From Lingula anatina (Eukaryota; Animalia; Brachiopoda): a DNA stretch of 64,000 nucleotides. The stretch lies in contig CM120640.1 in the NCBI GenBank assembly GCA_051362555.1, positions 60,056,788 to 60,120,787 on the forward strand, read 5' to 3'. A program made the translations under genes and the position numbers. The notes below the pieces were generated by a model that did not search any database, was not told where the DNA came from, and saw nothing but the letters and a program-made list of their open reading frames with translations. The stretch's first letter is position 1, and the number at the start of each line of letters is the position of its first letter. Shown here one piece after another: positions 30,877-42,900 of this stretch.

Positions 30877-33800
30877 ATCAGAAATTTTGTGCTGTTCCAT
30901 CCTGGTGTATACTTATCCTTACTATATTGAGTTGTTGTTTTTTTTTACATTATTTTTTTCCTTTTGCAGACAAAAATGACCCTGCCCGGTTTGAAGGCGA
31001 AGGTGTTAATTTCAAAGCAAAGTTGATAGGTATTGATGATGTCCCTGATGCTAGGGGAGACAAAATGTGCCAAGAAACTGTCCAGAAACTCAAGATGGCC
31101 ATTAGGACTGCTAAAGAACACAAGCAAAGGATTATTCTCAACATATCAGTGGATGGAATGAAGATTATTGATGAAAAAACAGGGGTACTCTTATTTAATA
31201 TTTCTTAGGCAAACCTTAAAAAATTCGATAACTTTTAAAAACTTTTGTCAAATTTTAGAAGTAGAATTTACAAGTATTTAATTGTCTGGGTGAACACAGC
31301 ATTTTAGTTCTTGTCCAAGGCTGCTTAGAATAGTTAGATAAAAAATGTACCCAATTAATGCTAGTATGATTTCACCACGTTGCTTAGGGCTGTATGAAGT
31401 TGTGCTGATAAGTTTATTTGTTCTGTTTAATTGTGTGTATTTTTGATAAGTTAAGATTTTTAAAATCTTTTAGACAGGTAAAAATACCTGATTTTTAGTA
31501 CCCCAGTTTTCCCTAGATGAAAAATAGTTTTATACATCATTAAGTGTTTTCGGTAATATCTCAGTGATTGTATTTATTATCTGTTCCTTTTATGCTCATT
31601 GTTATTGTATGCAGGAAATCTCATCTTCACTCTAATGTACCAGTGTTCAAAATATGCTATTTGGTCACCTTGGTCAGTGTCACCTAGACATGAACTGGTT
31701 TAAGTGTAATTACCTCTCTGTATACACTTGTATCTGTACATATACTTGCAGGCAGTAAACCATACCCACCCAGTACACAGGATCTCCTTCATATCCAGGG
31801 ACGTCACAGATGCCAGGGCATTTGGATACATCTTTGGACCTGGAGATGGGAAACACAAATTCTTTGGCATCAAAACTGCTCAGAATGTGAGTTAATAGAT
31901 GCAGAACTGCTTTTTTATGTACAGACACAGATGTGTCTGTACATATAGCCATCATCTGCGTCTGTCGTCGCCGTCGTCGCCGTCGCCGTGCACTTTTACC
32001 GATAACACGATAAGTGGAAAACCATTTTACCTTTTGACTTGAAACTTACAGAACTGATGAATGTTCATAATACGCAGGTCAAGTTCGAAAATCAGCATGA
32101 TCGGGTCACTTTTAGGGAATTTATGCTGTTTTTTCACTTTTTTCAGCATATATGAAGCACCGATAACACGATAAGTGGAAAACCATTTTACCTTTTGACT
32201 TGAAACTTACAGAACTGATGAATATTCATAATACGCAGGTCAAGTTCGAAAACCAGCATGATCGGGTCACTTTTAGGTAATTTATGCTGTTTTTTCACTT
32301 TTTTCAGCATATATGCAGCACCGATAACACGATAAGTGGAAAACCATTTTACCTTTTGACTTGAAACTTACAGAACTGATGAATATTCATAATACGCAGG
32401 TCAAGTTCGAAAATCAGCATGATTGGGCCATTTTGAGGGAATTTATGTTGTTTTTTCACTATTTTCAATATAAATGCAACACTGATAACACAATATAAGA
32501 AAAACGGTTTGGCCAATTGTAATTATACTCACAGGAGTGGTCAATCTTACTAAAACGCAGGTTGAGTTCGAAAATCAGCATAATCGGGCCATTATATTAG
32601 AAGTTATACTGTTTTTTTCACATTTCCTCAGATTCAATTATTAGGCATGTTAACAGTCTCATTATTTAACTAATAAGATGCCTAAAAGTGTTTGTTTGAT
32701 ATTTCCTGCATCTTTACAACATTGTTAGTTGATTATGTAAAAAACATGGTAAACTTGTTATCATGTATTGTGTAATAAAGTGTCAAAAATGGAAATAAAC
32801 TCATATCATTGCAGTTTGTCAGATTCAATCATCCACTATGTTCAGAATCTCAGAATGGAGGAAATTAGACATTTAACACTGTTCTATTGATACTTTTCCC
32901 ATCTCATCAATTTTCTTAGTTGGTCATATGAAAATGGCAGTAAAATGTTTATTTTGTTTTATGTTAAAAAAGTTAAAAATGGAAATAAACCCATTTCAGA
33001 ACAGTGCTGTCTTGTTTACATTTTGGCATTTTCAAGGCGTGACTTTGAAGTTCCATGGGCCTGAAGACCTTTGCTAGTCACATTTTCTGAATATCTGTGA
33101 TACAAATATTTTATAATTAAAAATTGATGGTCATTAAGCTGTTAAACATTATGTAATATTGCATCAAAATTTGAAGAAACTCCTATTTTGGGCACTGCTT
33201 CCATGATGACCATTTAAGGAAAATCATGTCACTTACTGTTCTCAGACTTACAGGAAACAAACATGGGACTAAAATACAGCTTCAGTAGGCAATGCAGTCT
33301 GTTTGGTATTTTTTTTTTTTTTTGGCAGTTAAACAGTTTTTTGTGAAAATTTAATTTTTCACATATTGGCATTTGCAAGGTGTGACTTTAAAGTTCCATG
33401 ATCTTGAAGACTTTTGCTTGTCACATTTTCTGAATGTCCATGTTACTAATATTTTATTTATAACATTTGATTGTCATTATGCTGTTAAATATTATGTAAT
33501 GTTGCATCAAAATTTGAAGAAACCCCTATTTTGGGCACTGCTCCTATGATGACCATTTAAGGGAAATCATGTCACTTACTGTTCTCAGACTTACAGGAAA
33601 GATACATGGGTCTAACATACAGCTTCAATAGGCAACGCAGTCTGTTTGGTAAATTTTTCTGGCAATTTAACAGTTTTTTGTGAAAATTTAATTTTTCACT
33701 TATTTGCATCTTTATTTTCTGTTCTTTGTCTGTACATTTGACAGCTTTGCTGCCTTGTTTATACTTCATTAGGCACCCCTTTTATAGTAGCCATTATTTT

Positions 33801-36800
33801 TTGGACTGCTCATACATTTGCCTCATGAAATGAGAACAAATTTTCTATATTTACTGTACTGTAGATGGCTAGAATTTGTATATTTATTGTTGAAGAAGCA
33901 TTTTGAGAAAGCATGGCCTTTGTGGTTACTTAATGTAAAACTTTATTTTCAATGTAACAATTTTAAAATTATCTGTTCATAAAATAATATATAGAATGAA
34001 GGTTTGTGTCCCCACAAAAAAAGGATATTGTTTGACTTAACTGCACTGTACAATTTTAGGCAGAAGGGGTTGTCCTGGCCTTGAGAGACTTGTTCCAGTA
34101 TGTCTTTGAGATGAAGAAAAAGGAAGTAGCAGAAGCTAAAAAACAACAGGAAGAACAACAACAAACAACAGAAAATCAGGAGAGCACATATCAGGTACGT
34201 CTTCAAAGATTTTTAAGCCATTTGGACCAATTGGTTTTCCCCAATGCTAACTTATGAATGTATATATACAATTATGTACATGCAGTTCAGGGTTACGACA
34301 AACATGTTAGTAATATGACCCTTTATCAAGTAAGTAAATACAATGCCTTTTTTTGCATCTGCAATATGCTAGCTCTGTGTACTGTTACCATGAAAATTGT
34401 AAACTCTTCCTCAGGTCCCCACCAACAATGGTCCAGTATCAGCAGCTGAAGGAGAGAGTGCATATGCTGTAAGTTTTTAACATATCTGAGGGATTCTCTC
34501 CTATATTTTGTACTGAAAACAAATTGTTATGTCAAAATAAATACACTAAATGTGGATTGGGCCAAATAGCATTAATAATACAAATAAGTGGGTAGCTTGC
34601 AGCATACAGTATTAAAAGATATTAATGTGAGGCCCATAGCATACTCTTGTTACTAAGATTATCATGTACTGTTGGGAATAAACTTGGATGACATAAGGTT
34701 AGCTTTAGATCTGTAAATAATGTGTTCAACTGCAGTACTGCCATCTTTGTCTAAGCAACAAAACTGATATATTGCTAGGTCCCCCAGAACAATGCACCTG
34801 TAGTAGCCCCCAAGCAAGAGGAGAGCAGCAGTTCAACTGGAAATCTATTGAACCTGGAGACAGAACTGGAAACTTTACAACAGGGAATCAAGCAGATTGA
34901 TGCCTTTAACCATGACTTCTGGACCAGCACTGAAGGCAGTCTTGGGTCAGGAAAATCTGCACCAGACCCATTTGTTGTGAACAGAACACCTGCCTGGGGA
35001 ACAGCACAGATGACAGCTACGGGAGCCCCTGGTGGAGCATGGGGACAACCCACACCAAATGCTCAAATGAATTTTCAAGCAAACTTCCAACAGCAAATGC
35101 CGGTAATGTATCAACAAGTTTGGCAGACCTGTAATTTAGCTTAGTTATGAAGAATAACTCACTGAGACATCAGGATATAGATGCTTGATTGCACTCTCAT
35201 CTCCAGTTGCACTGGCCACATACATCAAACAGTACAGAAAGGATTACATAAATGATGGCTGCCATATCAAACCACCTTCCTTAAGTTAGGACTTGAAATG
35301 CCAGAATGACATGTGTTATACTTTGATATCTGTACTTACTTATACTGGATTATTAAAAATAGTGTGGTTTTTGAAAATAGTTGAGGCCTTTGAAAGGTTT
35401 TTTGTTTGTTTGTTTGTTTTAAAGACTATAAATGATATTTTAATGAAAATGCATTGACTGTATTCACAAATTGGTCCAATATATTGCATATGAAAATTGT
35501 GTTTTGACTAGGCGCAGCCAGGAATGCAACAACAGTTTGGTACCCCATTTGGAGCCCCTGCTGCATTTAATAATGTAAGTATCTTCCCTCCCTCCCTTCC
35601 TTGGTTGATTATTGCCATGTATTTTTCAGCAATTCACTGCTCCTCCTTTGTCAAAAATGCTTAAACTAATGAAATATACTATATTTGGTCATAATTCAGT
35701 TTCATTTCAAATCTGGTCAATCTGTTATAATCAAGATTTGTAAATGTCTTATATGTGTTTTCTTTGTTATTCTAGCCAGCACCTACAGGGCTTCCCAAGG
35801 CTACAGACCCTTTCAATGACCCCTTCTTCCAGTCCAAACCAGCCCCCTCTCAAGCACCAAAACCACAGTTTAACTCACCCTTCAGTGCTTCCAACATGTC
35901 AGGAATGGGATTTAATCAGCCTGCATTTGGCGCACCTCCATCACAACCACCCCCTGCAGCTTCCAAGCCAGATCCTTTCAGGGATGATCCATTCTTTAAT
36001 CCCCCTGTAGTGACATCTGCGGCCCCTGCTCCTGACATTGTACCCCAGGGAGATGACAGATACCATGGATTGGATGCCTCTCTGTTCACCACAGCTAATC
36101 CTGAACCTGCTGTTCCTACACCTTCCATGGATCCTTTCACGGGCGACTCCCCCCTGGTGCCAACTCAGATTCCAGGGAGCAACCCCAATGAAATACAATC
36201 AGTGCCAAGCAACACAAAAAAGAGCATGTTTGAAGATTTGGACATTTTAGGCAAAAAAACATCATCATTTGTTCCAGCTTCTCAACTCTTCAAGGCTGCT
36301 GAGCCACCAAAGAAAAGTTTGAATGAATTGAAAAGTATTCCTCAAGGTAGTTCTATTAGTTCAAGTTCAAATAGTGATACCATAGATCCATTTTCTGTAG
36401 ATTTTGCACCACCAACTGTAACCTCTGCACAGCATACCTTTGCTTCTGATTCAGATAGCATGAGCACTGCTTTAAGCTTCGGTCCCTCTCCCCCTGTCCC
36501 CAAACCAAGGTCACTTCCAACACAAAAGGCACAGAAAACAGAAGTCAGTTTTGATGATGATTTTGGTTTGCCCTCTCCAGATGCACCCCCACCCCCTCTG
36601 CCCAGACAGGGTACTATAGACATAGATGAGGCCCCAGCACCTCCCCCACGCCCCTCTCAGAGCTCAGCTGCACCATCTGCTTTACCCCGCTTGCCAGCCC
36701 CACCTGTGCCAAAACCTAGACAATCACTACTCAGCAGTGACTCCACTAGTGCAAGTGGCTCCCCTGGTGTCAAGCAAAATGGTGTCCAAGCTGGTCAGCT

Positions 36801-37851
36801 CAGTGGTGGGGCTGTGGACCCTTTTCATGGTCCAGTGTCCAGTGGTGGGGTCAGTAGTGGTGCTAGTCAGCCATTTGGGAACTCATTCAATGATGATTAC
36901 TTCTCCTTACCTGCAGTCCCCAGTGGGCAGGTGAGTGGACAGGTAGGTACATGTACAGATCAACTGCACTAATTACAAGAGGCTGCATTTCATAATAACT
37001 GCACTACTCAATGCATGTAAGACTAAAATTAATAATTTCATCAAGTATTTGTTATCAACAATCCCCATGTGATTCTGTTATAAACACTTGTATTTACAAA
37101 TCAATAAAAAAACTATTCAAGGATACAAGGATACTTTCTTAAAATGTCTGTTTAAATTTTTTGATTTTCTCATTTACCTTACATAAGCATGTACTATCAT
37201 TAAATGTTTGAATAACATTTTCCCACAAACAATGTAATATATAATATCTGATTTTTCTTACATAAAGTAAAACATTCTTTTTGAGAGTGATCAACACATG
37301 GTAATTCTACTTCAGGGAGCCAGTGATCCTTTTGGATTTGGAAATTTTGGTGAACAAATTCAGGTAATAATTTGGTTTAAAATTTTAATATTGTTGCTAT
37401 TCAAATATACAAGCATTATAACAGTGTTTTCATGACTCCTTTAGACTGAAATTGACAGTTCTTCTTTCATCTTAAAAATTACAAGGTATTGAAAAAATCT
37501 GTCAGATTCTGAGATTGATGTGATTTGGTTAAGGCATGGGAAATGCATTTAGATGATTTTAAAATATGTATACATGTCAGGGCTCAATATATCTACAGGA
37601 GTAATTTGCCTGGCTGATTTCTGCTGTCAGCTTTCTTTGTATTCAAACCTGCAAGGCGTAGAGGCATTGATTTTGGAGTGGGACAAGCAACTTTCCAGAT
37701 CTACTTGCCTGATGGAGCTAGTTTCTGAAATAAGTTTGTCTAGCCCTGATACATTATCACATAGTGCATAATAATTGCATAAATTGAAGGTTTTGCTTTA
37801 TTTTAGGAACCAATATATGCAACAGTGAACAAACCAAAGAAGCCTACATGA
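30564..37851 (+). CDS. Dab: Disabled (Dab1/Dab2-like) PTB-domain adaptor protein (about 761 aa)
   Basis: Exons 30564-30675, 30970-31184, 31752-31886, 34060-34194, 34415-34468, 34779-35102, 35512-35574, 35776-36930, 37316-37363 and 37807-37851, phases consistent. PTB domain [30 protein letters not shown]...HKQRI...[22 protein letters not shown]...[22 protein letters not shown]. Many DPF motifs and a Pro-rich tail. Confidence 0.92.
31911..33760 (+). mobile_element. HINE family 1 (Helentron-associated, non-autonomous), copy A, in a Dab intron
   Basis: T-run, then 5' hairpin atgtacagac-acagatgt-gtctgtacat, a (GTCGCC)-like microsatellite and 161-bp tandem repeats (starts 31999, 32160, 32321). 3' subTIR gtctgtacat (33728-33737), stem-loop gacagc-ttt-gctgcc and a TT end. 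No TSD. Confidence 0.85.
37578..37748. mobile_element. hAT-like MITE in the last Dab intron
   Basis: TIRs cagggct...agccctg with a near-identical 8-bp flank (atacatgt / atacatta). Confidence 0.5.
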
Positions 37852-39997
37852 AACTTGGCAGACTGGAGACCCCAACCGTCCAAGTTACTTTTTATCATTT
37901 CTACCTTCTACATTCTATTTATAAGGATGAGGAGCTAATACTCTAGTTCCAGGATCAAAGTTACGTATCTATGATCAAATGAACAAATACTGAAGGCCAC
38001 AGATATTGAATAACTGCATCAATGACAACCTCTGTGTTTATAGTAAATTTACTTGTTTTATTACATATCTTTGACAAAATTAGTACAATTTACTCAAACA
38101 AATTGAGGCATTAAGTATGCATTTTTGAACTGTCTCAAGGGGATCAGTGGGGTGCAAGGTGATGCGATTTAATGATTTTTATGTTAAAATGGTAAACATA
38201 CCTGTCTACATTTCATTATTAAGTCTAAGGTCAATAAGAAGTGCCAAGATTGATTTTATATCATTCATAATATTACTTAATGTCTATGCCTTAGTTCAAT
38301 AGGGACGCAAAGCATCTTTAATGTTGTTAATATATATTCAATTTTATATTGTTAATTGTTGGTAGTGTATAGAATGATACTGCTATATATATACAAGGCA
38401 GAATCTATTAAATGCATATGTATTGATAAAGACTGAAGTCTTTTAAGGCAAGCCATAATCTAGTAAGCTTAATTGGTTTTGAGTCCAATAAGGCCTGTAT
38501 TTTTTGTGATTCAGAAATGTTTTAAATTGGTGTTTAATTTTCTGCAATGTTTGTTATACTTCTATATTATTTCTCTCTTGTTTAATGACATTGCTAGTCA
38601 ATTTTATTGTTAGTCGACCTTAATTTCAGAATCTTGAAAAAAATCAAAATTACACAATTCATGCATGTGAAAATGATAATTATACACATTTTACAAGTAG
38701 GATATGACACTCTTGATTCATTCCAAAGACATGATCAGTTGCATATAAATTTAAAGATGTTAACTTATGCTCCAGTAATATGCCAAGCTAAGTATGCAGA
38801 GTCCAATCAAATAGAAAATGGAAAGAATACAATGATTTCATTCCACAACTGTAATATTATTATTGTCACAGGTACATGGTATACTGTAGATACCGTATAT
38901 CTGCAGTCTGTAAAAGGAAGGTTTACAGCAACATAGTCTTTGTTACTCACACCTGCTAATACAAGTTGTGAGAACAACCAGTAAGATCAAATGTATCGAG
39001 TTTTGAACTGATGTTTTATTCATGATTTTAGCCAACTTCAATTTTGTGCCCAGAAAACACATTTCAGTGGCATGTCATCGTTATCAAAAGGTGAAAGGAA
39101 ACATGGGAAGTGTGCAAAGGTTTTGTAAACATCTTTTTTGTGATTTTTGTCAGCTGAATGAGGACAAATCATTGATATTTGGCAAATTAACAGGGTCTAA
39201 TTGCACCAAAGATATGAAGTGTCCCAAATAAGAAATTATCAATATTCTTGTTTTACTTTTTCTATTTTTTTTTTTTTTATATTGATTGTTAACAGCATAC
39301 AGTGTGAAAATACTTGTGTATCATAACTTTTAGTGAACAGCATTCACATTCCTGTGAATGTTATTCAATTGTTGCGGACCGAGTTGCAATTATCCTTATT
39401 ATTATTATGCTATAACTGTATTACTTATTCATGTTAGAACAGTTGCTATCTTGCTAACTTACAGTTAACTATAGGAATGCACAACTTGTTTTATGTTAAT
39501 TTTAACTGTTTAAAGCAGTATTGTATTAAGAAAAAATGTTTAGTTGAAATTATAATCCATCAAATATTACATTGAAAATCGGCATATAGTCTAGTGTACA
39601 AGCTTTATTAACCGTTCAGTGATGCTTAGGCAATACATAAGTTGCATGTTCAACATTGTGTACCATCTGTAATTGAAAATATATGATCTAACATACTTTT
39701 TAATTTTTTTCTTCCCTTACTATTCTATTATCAATGTTTTCAAAATTTCAGAAACATCGTTGAAAGTTCAAACAAAGATTGTCTATAGTAGTAAAACAAG
39801 ATCATGTGACACAATAGAAACAGAGTGTTCACTGAGTAACACGGGATGTAATTTTCTGTATCAAAAGGTGTTAGATCATCTTTCTTTCAAATACTGTTTT
39901 CATTTTTTTCTACAATTGCAAAATATATCAAATTGAAATATGAACTAGAGGGTGTCAAAGTGACTGCTTGCCTCTTTTTAATTTTAACTTCAGTTTT

Positions 39998-42900
39998 TTA
40001 AATTGCTTTGTTTTCCAATCCCATTCCTTCACATGTTATTTGCCATGTTTCCCCTTGAATCTGTTTAACTTCAAACTTGGCCTAGATAAAACAAATAATG
40101 CAAAAAAAGTCATTCACCCTTCTACAACAGATTAGAAATAAGATCAACCAAATACATTTGTTAAGGATGATGCTCATGTAAAACTTTCTGCTAAATTAAT
40201 TTACCACACCTAATTTAAAACAATTTCCTGAATCAAAGTATTATTACTTTCTTCCTCACTCTTACCGGCTGAGGCATTTGGATAATTTTTACTTTCATTT
40301 TTGTCTTAGATGAAATAATGAATATTCGTACAAGTTTCTTTCAAATGCTATTTCTTACCTGCAACATCTGCTGAACCAAATGAATTGCTACATGTATATC
40401 TTACTCATTGTCTGCTGTGGCATTCTAGATTGCTAGATCTCTTACCCATGTCATATGTTATTACATAGTTTGATGTATCTCACATGCACGGTTTTATAAA
40501 CTGCTGTCACATACATTGCTCTGTCTTACCTGTGTCATCTGCTGTGCCACATGGATTGCAGTCTCAGTGTGTAAACTTATTGGACCACACATTATCACAG
40601 ATTTGCCCTTAGCAAGGGCCATAAAAATTATAAGCTAGAAATGAAAAAGTAAAATAGCATAACTTCAGACAGATTCTACTAAATAAGAAGAATAAAACTG
40701 CCGTATGTGTTAACACTTAAAGCTAGGGATAACAACTCTTTGTATGAGATTCATATTTAACAATAACTACTTTGTAAACAACTCGTAGAAATATAATAAA
40801 TTCTATTTTACCACCAAAACGATGTTATTGCAATTATTGTGGAATCTGTGTTTGCCATCCATGTGACCTCTATGAGAGATGATTATAAAAAACTTTTTAG
40901 GAAAAAATAGGGGCCAACTTTGAATGTCGGAATGGATTCACTACTCATTGATAAGTACGAGAAAACTGTGGTTTACCCCAGATAATCCATTCTTTGGCCA
41001 AAATGAACAGTTGTTATCCCTTTTATTAAGTAATTCTTCCAACATGGCTAAATGACTGAATGATAAATAATATTGCCTTTTGATCTTACACACAAAAATT
41101 AACTAGGCAGCAATATCAAATATGCAAACCTGATTCAAGACTATGAATTTAGTGAAATGTTTAGTACAAAACTTAAATAGCAATCAACAAGAAATCAAAA
41201 TACCTGATCTTGTAAGTACTCATCCACACATCCTCCATGTTCCAGACTAGTTAACAACATAGTTGCTGCACTTTCACCAACATCTTGAGCAGGAAGACCT
41301 AAATATATATATAAATTGTTGTTTTATTTTTGTATATATATAAATTGTTGTTTTATTTTTGTATATAAATTGTTGTTTTATTTTTGTATTATTGTTGTAT
41401 TATAATCATACCTACACCAATCTTATACATAAATTTGAAATTTGTATGATGTGAAATGTGATGTGTTAAAGCATCATTAGTAAATTTCTTTATAGGCAGA
41501 TCTCTGTGCAAATGTTCATGTTCATTGATATGATACCGTCAAACATGCACGCAAAACATCAAACAGTAGAGAACAGCAGAAATTAGATTTAAAACTAGTT
41601 TTGAAAAGAAAAATATTAAAAACAAGCTGTGTTATTTATCTATTATTTATTTTTTGCATTGAAAAAAGTATTGTAATCGAGATGACTACAAAGTGCATGT
41701 GCTCACAGGGGTGTAGGTGTTAGAATGAACCTCCCTTTTTGCCAGAAAAGGCCCATTTAGAATCAAAATTTGATCTAGGTTCTATGTTCTACTTCTCATC
41801 TTGGGTCGCATGAACCAGACATGAGCATAAGTTTTAGAATATCTCTGAACATCTATTGTGGGGAAAAAAACACTTATCAGCCAGCTGGGTTCCAGGGCCG
41901 CTTTAGGTCCTATAAGAATGGAGTTAAAAATCCCGGAATTCAGTGATTCTGGTAGAAAAGCTCATGTCTGCAAAGGGTAAAACAGACCCCACTTTTTCAG
42001 AAAAAGAAACCCCCTTTAAAACAGATTTTCATACTTACCTTTCTGACCTAGAGCTGATCCAGCCAGCCTGCAGCCAGTGCTTGTTTCTGCTACCAAACTA
42101 CAACACCAAACATGATCAAGATATTCATTCAAGCAAATAGTAAACTTGAGGATCAGAGAGGCGATACCGCCTCCGAATATTGTACCACCAGCTGGAGTAA
42201 GCGCGATCGTATAGACCCCCCACACACACAAAAAAGGGACACCACCACCAGTCTTGTGCTTGACAAGCTGTAAAAAATGCAATCAACAAGAATTCTCAAA
42301 ATATGCAAAAAAAAGTATATAACTAAAAATGGTACAATCAAAGTTCAGTTAGTAGTAAGGTAGGGTAAAGGTCAATTTCAAGGTCACAGTAAATTTCCAG
42401 TATATGACTTCCTATTCAAGTTCAATAGTAACTATGGACACATCTCTGCCAGTATTGGAGATAAAAGGGAACCAAAATTTGTAAACTTCAATTCATGATG
42501 AAAAGTAGGTCAAAGGTCAATTTCAAGGTCACACTTAGATTGTCTCTAATGACTTCTATTCAAGTTCAATAGTTACTATGGGCATATTTTTGCCAGTTTT
42601 GGAGATAAAAGGGAACCAAAATTTGCAATGTTAAGTTCATGGTAAAAAGTAGGTCAAAGGTCAATTTTAAGATCACAGTAAATTGACTTTAATGACTTCT
42701 TATTCAAGTTCAATAGTAACTATGGGCGTATCTCTGCCAGTTTTGAAAATAAAAGCATTAAAAAATTGCAAAGTTCAGTTTATGGTGTAAAGTAGGTCAA
42801 AAGTCAATTTCAAGGTCACATTTAGATTGCCAGTATATGACTTCCTATTCAAGTACAATAGTAACTACGGACCTATCTCTGCCAGTTTTGGAGATAAAAG

